Assembly (NCBI GenBank): GCA_965649765.1
Contig: OZ287751.1
Span: forward strand, 39,370,001-39,434,000
DNA length: 64,000 bases
Origin: Bispira polyomma
Lineage: Eukaryota
Direction of reading: 5' to 3'
Made by a program: the position numbers and the translations under genes
Notes under the pieces: model-generated
The model's input: only the letters and a program-made list of their open reading frames with translations
What the model was told of the DNA's origin: nothing
The model's database searches: none
In this document: positions 24,524 to 36,600 of the stretch, piece by piece
Layout of the letters: each line of letters begins with the position of its first letter
Numbering within the stretch: the first letter of the stretch is position 1

Positions 24524-27500
24524 TCAATCACAAAACCCGTCTGGTCTTACCACAAGGAAGTATTGGAGGAGCCAGATATCCTGAAATAAAGACAAAACAA
24601 GAAAATATTGTAAAGAAATCCTCAAAATCTTTATCTACCATAAGCTCCCGTCGCCTAGTGCTAATTAGGCAGTTGCTCTGGTAATCAGAAGGTCCTCAAT
24701 TTCACTTTTAATAATATCATTATTGTTATGTTGGGATAACATTGGCAAGCTACTGATGGCACACAATTTGCTATCCATTTGTATCATGGTTAATGGATTC
24801 TGATGTTACGATTCAATAGTTTTTGTGTGGGTAGTTAACTGGCCAAATATCCACTATCAATGAGCACCTAAAGCCATTTTAATAGTAAATTAACAACCAT
24901 ACTTTCCAAGGCTCTTATAAAGAAACATAAAATAAGAAACAAAACTAATTACAAAACAGTTTTGTATAACAAAAACAAAGCGTCCCTGAAGTTAAAACAA
25001 TAATGAATTTGTTTAGTCTGCAAGGTTTCAAATTTTTTGGAAAGTTGACACATAAGCAGAATCGGCCTTGTGGGTCGAAAGTGAGCTCAAAATAGCTTTA
25101 TCTAACACACTTTCCGAGATAACAGACATTTTCGAAATAGACACAGAAATTCAAGATGGCTGCCAAAATGGAAAAGTTTGTAAAAGTTGACATATAAGCA
25201 GAATATACCATGTGGGTCGAAAAAATGAGCTTGAAATCGGCATTTTTGCAATTTAAATTGTTATATATCAGTAACGATCGCATATTTTTGGACAGGGTAA
25301 AATAAATGAAAATTAAGGTTATTGTTTAAAACTTACACGCTGCATGTACTAGTCTAAAATTAAAAATAAATAAAACCCCCACTGGCTGAAAAAAGCACTC
25401 AACACTTTTTTCCATTTTGTATGATTGATTTACCTTGTCAATCAGTCAATTATCACCGGATTGATCTAAAATTGTACAGACATCTATGTTTTGATATTTG
25501 CAATGTGCAGGGCAAATTTTATAAAACTATAAGAATTACTTCGAAAGAAAAGTTAAAAAAGGTGCAAGACAGAGCAAAATAGAGCAAACTACTCATTTGA
25601 AGTACTCGTTACTTATTAAATACTACACTTAGAACCATGAGATTTTAACATCATACATAAAATGTAGATAACAACTTACCAAGAAAAAGCCAAAATCCCA
25701 ATAGTTTCCTAGATAGCAAAAAAATACAGAATCAATCGGTTGGCATTCAGTTAATTATCATCTGACTGATTTCAACAGCGTTTCCCATCCAGAAAGTTGC
25801 CTTATGAAGGTACATGCCAAACTTACTTTAGTTATGCTTAATATTTTCTGAAAAAAACCTAGTGACAAGCACTTTTACACCCCGAGGGTGACCTGACATT
25901 TGAGTAGGCCAAACTTCAAATCCAAGAATTTTAATTTTTTTTTTTGATACTCCTGGTTAACATTACTGCCAAAAATAATTTTGATGCAGTTAGGAAACTA
26001 GGGGTGAAACCAAATCAGCACCCTTTTCCAGGAACGCTTAATAAAAGAAGCAATTACCGAGCCATTTCTGACCAAGGAGTTGAAATTTTGATTTGAGCCA
26101 TCTACACTGCAAGAAATCTCCGTCCCTGTGGCCTCGAAACAGGAACCTAGGTCTAGAGTCTCAGTCACTGTGCCACATGCTAAAATTGCAGAGAAATTTT
26201 ACAAAATTCAAGATGGCTACATAGGTATGGTAATGCGTTACCTCATTTTTGTCTGTATTGGGTATACTATAGTACGGGGCCGCTGGAGCCTTGTTGTTAA
26301 AAGTGTGACATCATAATCACACGCCTCGCATCAATGTGGGTTTGAATCCCATTTGTTCTTTCATTTAGGAAAGCTTGTCAGGTACTTACAGTAGGCTGGT
26401 GTTTTACATTGCTTCAGCCCCGGTTTCTTCCACCATTAAATCTGACCTTCATGATATGACCTATAGGCTGTTGAAAGCGATGTAAAACCCAGTTAAATTC
26501 AAAATATTGGCTTTAAACCTGGTGAATGAGTTTAAAGTGTCTATTATATGTATATACTCCATATTGCATGTTATTCTTGTCACTAAAATTGGTGTAAATT
26601 TATGTTGTAACTTGTAAAGACAGATTTTTGCTCTCCAATGATGAATCTCGTTCTCTCCATGGTCTGCCTACAGCATAGGCTTAAAAGCTTAGCTAGTCTA
26701 AAAGGCTTGTGACCTTTCCTTGCTCAGTAAGCTGCTATATTACTGATTAGCTTTTGTATTTCCCGTTTAATTACCTTAGTGCTGTTCAAAAGGTGTAAAC
26801 AGCAAAAAATATATTTTTTGTTATATTGTTGTAGAATAAGTTTGCGACTAAATTCTGTGATTGGGCTGAGCTTGAGCTACCCACAAAAGGTTAATTTGAG
26901 CTTTGAATATCAGAAAACTGTTACATATCAATTGTTTCAAATGATCAAATTTAATCTACCCATAAGTTAGTTCATTGGTTAATCAAAAAAAAATAATTTC
27001 CATCAAAGTTATTATCCCTCGTGGATAAGGGAACATGCAATATTATGAATGGTCTATGATCGATGTTCCGAGGAGAGATAAGATACATCAAATATTGCAT
27101 CTTTTCCAAAATCCAGTAATTGCTAATCATCTAAATTGCAGTCAGCAATCTTTTTACTTTTTTTTTGCTATTCTAGTGGTTCAAAAAAGTTTTTTTTAAA
27201 AGAGGTTGTAATTTAACAAAACACTTAGTCAAGACACTGCCATACATCTAGTACTGGATTCAGAGTAAAAGTCAAAATTCTAACCGTGTTGTCAAAACCA
27301 ACTCTCATTGGCATCATTACTGTATTTGATTCTTATATTACAAAATTAATTTGAATAAATAAAACACAAAATCCCAGATAATATCAGAATGCTGAGATTA
27401 ATTGATGGGAGTTTTGAAGTATAAAACATGCAGTTTACACAGAGCTAGAGATTAAGACAAACTCAAATTACATACGCCTGTCCCAGATTGCAACATCATC

Positions 27501-27605
27501 GGTGACCACACATGCACAGTCTCCAGACAGGATCTGTCCCAGAATGCCTGGTACTAATGTCAGAGCTAGGAGCAGCAAGCACAGTGAAATGTTGTGTCTA
27601 TACAT
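24524..27605 (-). CDS. Secreted 6-Cys SH3b-like small protein, paralog A; exons 27476-27605, 26058-26179, 24524-24580 (102 aa)
   Basis: MYRHNISLCLLLLALTLVPGILG|QILSGDCACVVTDDVAIWDRPCGTVTETLDLGSCFEATGTEISCSVDGSNQNFNSLVRNGSDIWLLQYFLVVRPDGFCD*. GT-AG introns in phases 1 and 0; AATAAA at about 24473-24468; structure identical to paralog B. Confidence 0.87.
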
Positions 27606-27672
27606 GCTGTATAGCTGACTGTATGGTTGTAGTGGGTGACTGGACAGTGTACAAAAACTGTATATATCTATA

Positions 27673-28554
27673 TGTTACACCCAATTGGTGAAATTGCCCA
27701 TTTCATAAAACGGGCAAGATAATTGACCAATTGGTGAAACGGACAATTTGGTTGCCCATTTCATGAAATGGTCAGTCTTATTGACGAAAAAATTATTATG
27801 TTTTGTCTTATGTTTAGGAATTTTTTATGTAATGCTCAGAAATTTTATTCATTTTTTTTTTTCAATTTTATCTAAATGCACAGATTTATACTTATATTAT
27901 CAGTAATATATTTCTCCACCCCATAGTTTTGCTTCAATTTATGGCACAAGTTAATTTAGGTTTGTGTACTAAATTTCTTTTTTATAATTGTTTTTTTTTT
28001 TATTCCTGTAGGTCACATATTTTTATATTCTTAAAATTGAATATGTTTATATATTGCGCATGTTTTTAATACCCTTAAACAAAGGAAAAATTTTACCTGA
28101 AGCCTAACTAGCAAAGTCTGACAACACTTGTTCATGCTTAAAGAATGTTAAAAATGCATTGAACCACACCCCCCAATATAAATGGTGACATATTAGAAAC
28201 TGATTAACTAATATAAGTAAGAAAAATATTATGCAAGGAAATTTTTTTATGCAAGGAAATGTTTTTATGCAAGGATATGTTGACTTTACTATGTAGAAGT
28301 AGTTATATTTTGTATGTAGAAGTTACATATATGTTAAAGAAATTAAAAAAAGTCTAAAAAAACATCAGTTACATATTTTTTGGGCTGTGTATATGGAAGT
28401 TAAAATTTCGTACACTTACTTGCCCATTTTGTGAAATGGGTAGAGAATTTGTTGCTTATTTCACGAAATGGGCAAGCATTTTGCCCATTTAATAAAATGT
28501 GCAAGTGAGTTGCCCATTTTACGAAATGGGCAATTTCATAGATTGCGTGTAACA
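27673..28554. mobile_element. MITE with ~45-bp TIRs (TGTTACAC...), TA-flanked, just upstream of paralog A
   Basis: TGTTACACccAATtggTGAAATTGCCCATTTC versus reverse complement of the right end TGTTACACgcAATctaTGAAATTGCCCATTTC; absent from paralog B, which has a plain (TA)n there. Confidence 0.9.
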
Positions 28555-29642
28555 TACATATACATATATTTTTTATATTAGTGTAGTGTCTTGGTGGGAA
28601 AACTACAACTGTTTAGAAATAGAATGGCTAATTATAAAAAATAAGCTTTAACTAAATGACTAGAGATCCATTTTTTAAACACAGTTATCAGTAGTAAAAT
28701 AAACCTTCTGGTCAATGATGTTTGCTATAAATATTATATGTAACCAACATTTGTTTTAATTTGAAGTTAAAGGTTTCTATGCTTTCTGAAGATGACTTAA
28801 TTTACAAGTCTTTCAGGTTGAAGAAGAATAGTTCGATATGTCTTGATTTTTTTAGCCAGGCGTTCTGATCACAACTGACTTCTAAATCTGAGCACTATTT
28901 CATCAAGCAATTGCTTTAGTATCATATTAACATTAAATAGTACATGCAAGTGAGTTTTTAGATGTTAAAGAGATTTAAAAGATATTTTACTTTATAGATG
29001 GGTACTCCATTTTACTTCCCCCTGATATTGTAAACAATACGTCACAGCTTACGCATGAGGAAGTAAAAATGGGTACCTTTTTCAACTTTATATATCTCAG
29101 TCGTTTCTCAACGAATTTTGGTGGAAAAAAGTACAGTAATCACACTAAAATGAGCTTTCTCCTGCCATTTTATAAAGTCAACACCCGTCGAATTTTAAGT
29201 ATATATCGGATGAAAGGGAGCACAACCTCAGCCGACTTCGGATTAGATCGGACAACTTCAAATCGGCTGACATCGGCATGTGCTAAAAGGAAGCTTAGGC
29301 TAAACCTATAATATTAACAATTGATACTTTACAATACATGATATGTCTTAGGTGGATAATCTAATCTAATGAATTCACTAATGGCGCCCAATATCCGTAC
29401 TTGTGCATTCCAAGGTACAACAACTAAATTCACTGTTCGATCAGTAGTCATATTATGGTGGACAGAAAAAAAGAAGTCAGTGATTGTAAGACATTGATAA
29501 AAAATAACACAAGACAAAATAAGTTTACCAAGTCTCTTTAAAGTATTTATTCAGAATTTTTGTTTGCATTTATTATCACTCTTATTAGCTCAATCGGATT
29601 GTGTTTTTGGGACCACAACATCAATTCCAACAGCTTAACAGC

Positions 29643-30572
29643 TCAAACACAAAACTCTTCTGGTCTTACCACAAGGAAGTCGTGGAGGACCCAGATATTC
29701 TGAAATAAAGCCCCAAAACAAGAAAACATTATAAATTCTTATAATCTTTATCTACCGTGAGCTCTAGTGCCCTAGTGCTAATTAAGGAGTTGCTCTGGTA
29801 ATCAGAACGTCCCCAATTCAACTCTTGATAATATCATTATTGTTAAGTTGGGATAACATTACCTAGCAACTGATGACACACAATTTGCAATCCATTTGTA
29901 TCATGGTTAATGGATTCTGATGTTATGATTCAGAAGACGCCTGTCATCTGTAAGGGGTGTTAAAATCCACAATACAATCTTGTTTGATGTTATTAAAAGT
30001 GGTGTTACATTATGGTCTGACAGTTTTATAGATTTCATGGGCTTTTACTTTACTAAGTCCGATACAAGTCTTGAAATTTTGGTTTGAAAGAAACTTTTTA
30101 GAGCAAGAGTACATTGTAATAAGGGTAAGCTTTCCTAACTAGATAGTAAACTGAAGAAATGTATGTGACAAAGTAAATTTCCTTTTAAACCTAGGGAGAA
30201 AGGGTCATTGTGTAATATGAGCATGCAATCAAAAGTGGGTATTTAACAGGCTAAATATCCAATATCAATAAGCACTAAAGACATTGTAATAGTAAACTAA
30301 CCTACACACTTTCCAATACTTCGATATAAAGTATATGAAATAATAAGCAAAAGTAATAAAAAGCAATTACCAAGCCATCTCTGATCAAGGAGTTGTAATT
30401 GTTATTTGAGCCATCTACGCTACATGAAAACACCGTCCCTGTGGCCTCGAAACAGGCACCTAAGTCCAGAGTCTCAGTCACTGTGCCACATGCTAAAATT
30501 TATAGAGTAATATTACATGATTTAAGATGTCTACATAGATATGGTAATGCATTATCACACACACACACACAC

Positions 30573-30639
<67 letters not shown>

Positions 30640-33600
30640 TGCATTGGCTATACTGGCTATATTGGGTATACTATATCGCAAGCCTGCTAAAGCCTAGTTG
30701 TTAGAGGTGTGAGCCTTACAATCATGTGTCTCTCAGTCCAAAGGGGAAACACTTTAATGAAAAGAAGTTTGATTTCAAACACATTTGGAGGTTTTATTGT
30801 TAAAAACATTCATATATACTTTGTTACATACAACATGTTAGCACAGTTTGTTAATATTACACCTTTTTATATTGTTATATATCTATGTTAATGTAACGTG
30901 TTACTGTTACTACTAATGTTTCATTAATCTACTATAACTTTTCTATTTTACAATACAGCCAAAGCATTGTTTTCTAAGTTCCATTTGGATACTAGAGTAC
31001 TTATGCTTTATATATTACCTTGGTATTCAAGTATATGCATCACGTTGCCCATGGTGTCAGCTACCTCTAACCATGGGTTAGTAACGACTAAGAGATATAA
31101 TCTCTAATTATATGTTAAAATGTTAAGATTAGAAAGATCCATAACTCGGCTCATATCGAGCTTAAACCAAGTTAGAGGAAAGTGGAGGGTGGGGAAAATT
31201 CCTTGCAGTGCTCTGTCCTCTATACTCCACAATTGATTTGCAAACCACGCGAGGGCCAGGTTTTATGCTGATATCATAACCAAAGGAAAGAAAAGGCCAT
31301 GTGCTATTATAAACTGCTCAGGTCCCAGACTTTGGTGGGCCCATTTCCCATAACCAGCATGTAGTCTGTCAGCTGAGTTATTTTACTTGATCTGATTTTT
31401 TACTATAACCCTGGCCCTATAAAGAACTCTGTTTTGAAGGCCATCTGTGGCATTTTATTTACTATTTATATACACTTCCCTTTTTAACTGAAAGGGTTAT
31501 GCTACCTTTTTACGCATACCCTCAACAGTCCAAAGGGGAAACACTTTAATGAAAAGAAGTTTGATTACAAACACATTTGGAGGTTTTATTGTGAAAAACA
31601 TTCATATATACTTTGTTACATACTACATGTTAGCACAGTTTGTTAATATCACACCTTTTTACATTGTCTGTTATACATCTATGTTAATGTAACATGTTAC
31701 TGTTACTACTAACGTATTGTTAATCTATAACTTTTCTATTTTACAATACAGCCAAAGCATTGTTTTCTAAGTTCCATTCGGATACTAGAGTACTTATGCT
31801 TTATATATTACCTTGGTATTCTACTATAGGTATCACGTTGCCCATGGTGTCAGCTTAGAAAGAGCCAAACCCCAAATATGTTGTAGGAATTTATAAAAGT
31901 AGTTTTTGGAAAGTTTTTGGAACGACACTAGATGCCTTAGGAGTAGACTTAAGATAGGTCCAGATGGCCTCGCTTCTCCAGTTGCCGTGTGTTTTAATAT
32001 TTTGCAAGTCCACACTATTGTCGAAAGCTAGGGAAGCACCACTCCTTCTAAACCTGACACCTGCATGTTTTTTGAACATGTTATAACAATATGAGCCCCA
32101 GGAGGACCCCATACCAAGTCAGCCCTTGTAGGGTGACGGAATTTATCAAATTTACTAACAGCATTGGGGAGAAGGGAAGCTAACCGAAAAAATCCAAAAA
32201 ATGCAGTTAAAAACAATGCTATAAATGTTTCAGCATTAGTACACCCTTTAGTTGCTGCTATGACTTTTTCAACATATTAATAGTCAAAACGCCTTCAAAA
32301 CACCTTTGATTCTTGGCTTCAAAGGGGCATTAATTTTTATAGATTTTATTAACATTTGTACTTTTCTGCAGTTGAGAACATACTTGGGCCACTCATATAA
32401 GCCAGTGTGAGAGTGTCAACATGTGGTTATTTACTGAAGCGGCCCTCAGGCCATTCTGAATGAGATACTCCACGTAGCACACAATCGTCCTTGCATTGTG
32501 AGGGGTAGCAAACTTCATGTTGACAATAAACGACATAAAGAGCTTGAAGGCTGCATCATAGGCTTTCCTTGTACGAGGTCTCATCGCGGTGGGGATCCTT
32601 TCTAGGGCTTGCTTTTCCAGTCTGGTCACCAGTGATGTTGCTGAAACAGTACAGTGGAAGGCAGTTTCATGTTTCCTCATACGGGCCCCTATACGGGGAT
32701 GGGGGGCGTATGCACATTTTAAGTAGTAATTGTAATAGTATTTTTATTATTATTAACCTTTTATATCATTATATATGAAAATTAGGTGTTAACATCTCAC
32801 CATGCACTGGTTCCCATTTACACGTTTTCAAAAATTTCACCTCAGTCATATTGAAATCTTGATATGCATGCCATCTAGATAATATGTCAGCATATTTGTT
32901 CTCCACCCCTGGTATGTGTCGTACACAATTCTATATTGTAAGCTGCAATATAGAACCAAGCTGTTCTTAGACAAGCCATGAGTCAGGGATCTTTAGCCTT
33001 GCCTGAACTGAACATGATAACCACTGCCATGTTGTCACACCAGATTGCATTTTTCCATTTTTTACACCAAACTTTTAAAGTTATAAGTATATTTGCTGCT
33101 TCAAAGTGGACAATTGACCTACAATTTCTCACGTGAATTGGTATGTCAGTTGAGTATACCATATTATTATGAAATCCACCCACTTTTTCTAATGAAGCAT
33201 CAACATAAACTGTAAACTCGAGACTCTTTTTACTATGAATTTCGACCACCCCATTAAATACATCTAGAAACTGGTTAAACCAGGCTATGTCTTTATAAAA
33301 ATAATCGGGAAGTATCATATTTCCTTTCATGGGTGACAATCTCAACACTTGCAAAATTCTATTAATGAAGATGCGTGCTGGTTGCACACATCTATGTATG
33401 TACAGTAACTTGCCTGTTATTTTTTGCAATTGGTTTCTAGTGGCCATAGTTTGTGTAGTCCATTTTTTACATAGGGCCTTTACCTGATTTATCTGAGAAA
33501 GTATTGTAAGTGTGCCTGTTTCAGCGTTTATATTGATGACAAGACAATTAATTTGGGCAGCTGGTGGTTCCAGTTTTTTTACATTGATGGGGAGACCCAA

Positions 33601-36600
33601 ATTATGTAGCAAATTTTTTAGTGATAGTGACTTTAAGCTACCTCTGGAGGACTTGCTCCAATATAATCGTCCAAATAGTTCATGTCCCAAATACCTTGGT
33701 CACGAAGTCATGACGTCACTGCATCCGTACATAACTGGCATGCCGCCGCGCCCGTCTTAAACTCGAACGGGAGATCTATATCTATGTAAGTATTTCCTTT
33801 CCATTTAAGACCCAATACAGGATAATCTAAGGGATCTATTTGAAGGTTTCGAAATGCTCGCTGGAGATCAATTTTATATAACTTAGTTGTAGGACCAACT
33901 AATTTAATTTTTTCTACCACCTGATCTATAGTTGGATATTTTAGCTTAAACGGAATTCCATCATATGTTTCTGCTGGTACACAGCTATTAACTCCTTTAC
34001 CTATAGGCCATGACATATCAACTATCACTCTAGTCTGGTTTAGCACGAGCCATGAGGGGTGAAAAATGCATGTCTTTAAATGGCTTATCTTGAATAGGCC
34101 CTATCATCGTCCTACTTCGACTTTAAAGTACTCATCGACTCCTGCAGGAGCACATAATGCTGATTTGTGATTTACCATTTCAGAGTTAAAACTAAACGCC
34201 TTATAATCTACATTAAGAGGAAATCCAAATTGTATATATTCTGCTAATATCTCTAAGTCATATCCTTTGAGAAAAGTCCTCCAGAAAGGAATATTTAAAC
34301 CTGAAGGTACTGTTATTCTAGCCCCTTTATAATTGGCACAATCTAGGCTTTTAACATTTGTATGTATTTGTGTAAGCCATTCAGAAGTGGGTTCGAACTC
34401 GATTGTATTACTTTTCAACAGCATTACCCGAGGAAGGGGGCCATAAGGAAGAAATCCATAGTCACGTGCTTCTATGTGGTTTTTGTATATATTAACTACA
34501 TTGGAATTATTTTTCCCGCCATAAAGGTTACCCTTTTTATTCCTGTAAACAGAGGCATTATCCTTAGTAGCTATAGCATTACACGAGTTTAGTGTTAGTT
34601 CTGTCTGTTTACCCACAACCAGCATACTAAACGACTTAGTGTTATTTACCAGCTGACTTTTCCAAGTACTTTTGCCCTGGTGACCCAGTTTCTGTTTTTT
34701 ATTTTCTCCTGTATCAAAAGACCTATTTGTATTATTTCTATATGACCACGAGTTATTTATAATCAGCTGACTCTTATATGTTCTGCTGTTGGGCTATAGC
34801 ATTGGCTTTTTTGGGCTATATTTGGAATAATACTATTGTCACTTGGTTGATACAAATATGAACTGTCACCCATTATATAGGCAATACTACTTGTATCGTC
34901 ATAACTGGCATTAATGTGCACCATTGATTCTAAGTTGAAATATGCTGCACATGTGAATATATTGTACACAGTATGCTCTAGACTACTATTTTGATTTACA
35001 CTCCGAGTTCCTCGTCCTTGAATAGTATTAATATCTATTATAAAACTCTGTATATCAGTTTTAAAATCATCGTATAATACATAACTGTCATAGGAATTAT
35101 TAATTCCTGTGTTCAGACTATAATGTATATGAGAAGCATTAATACTTCTGTTAACTCGTTTGTCAATAACACTGGTAAAACCGACCATCTGTTTGATTTT
35201 TTATTTAAACTAGAGTTACCACTAAAATTGTTCTTAGATAAAATATTTTTATCTATCTTAACTAAGCTGTGAAGCATAGAGGGCTTTGCCAAGTCATTAT
35301 AACTGAACTCGCTGCCTCCCGTTTTTTCACTAACTACTATATTTTTAATTACCTCGTCTCTCCTGTCAAAGCTATTATCGAGGAGGACGTTATGACTTAT
35401 ATCATAATAATCAGATGTTTCTATATTACTGCCCCAGTAGCTACAGGCCACGTTTCCATAATTGAAATTTTCAGATATTTTCCAAGAATCACATATACTC
35501 GATGCTGATTCAAGTGTAGATTTGAGTGAGTGGTTCTCAGTGTTGCATGATCTAGAACCCACCTGGCACTTTATAGATGCATAGTGTTTTTGCAAACACT
35601 GGTTTCGATAACTGGGCCTATGGACCAATATGGAACGGTTTCCCCAGCCACCAAGGCAGTAATAACTGTCTAAAGTAGTTAGGTTATTTTGTGCGTCATT
35701 TATGCTAACATTATATTTTTGGACTTTTACATTGGTTATTTGCAAGACTTTATCGTCACTCGTGTTATTCATATTAGAAGTTTCTAAGTTTTCACTTTCT
35801 TCCATTATGCTACCAATGTGTGTACTATAATCGCTTCTATCCAATGTATTAATATGGCCTACTGCCATACAACTCGTGCCATTTAATATGTCATTCATAC
35901 TAGCGTATAACCAGCTATTTTTATTTCTCCCTACACTTATACTATTTATGCTAACATTATGTTCAACGTTACTCATACTAGTAATTATTGTGCTAGAGGA
36001 CGTCCCATTATATAGAGTAGATTCAACAGGTAAACTACTCACGCTTTTGTCTTGTTTTTTAATCTCAACAGCAGAGGCTAAATCGCCTATACTGATATCT
36101 GATGTTCTATTTAACACTTTACAATAAATTTCATTGGTGTGGGTGCGTGTCCCCATATATACAAATGTTTTAGCCTCAGGATTTAGCCTATTGTCACCCT
36201 TTAAAGGAGATACGACTGTATCACTATGTGGGCATAACATGACGTTTTCCTTTACTACACTATTTACATTTTCCTTAACACGTGATTTTACCATTTTATA
36301 ATTATTTTGGTTTCCACTACGACCACGTGTGTCTGGTTGCTGCGTTTCCCCAGTATTAAAATATTTTGCACCGTTGTAAGGACAGTTTATGGGAATAAAA
36401 CTGTTCTTTTTACCTTTAGGTACATTTACTCTATTGTTAAACCCTCTGTTCCTTGTTCTCATCCTTATTATCATTCTTGTTCCTTACACATTTAATCAAT
36501 GGATGGTCATGCTTTCTGCCTTTATTTTCCTTATAGCAATAGCTGCAATAATGCTCATACTTGATGCCACGTGTAACATGGTCTTTTTCTAACCTACAGC

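Noticed and set aside
26128-30704. Plus-strand ORFs 26128..26316 and 30399..30704 that resemble each other
   Set aside because: They are antisense shadows of exon 2 of the two paralogs.
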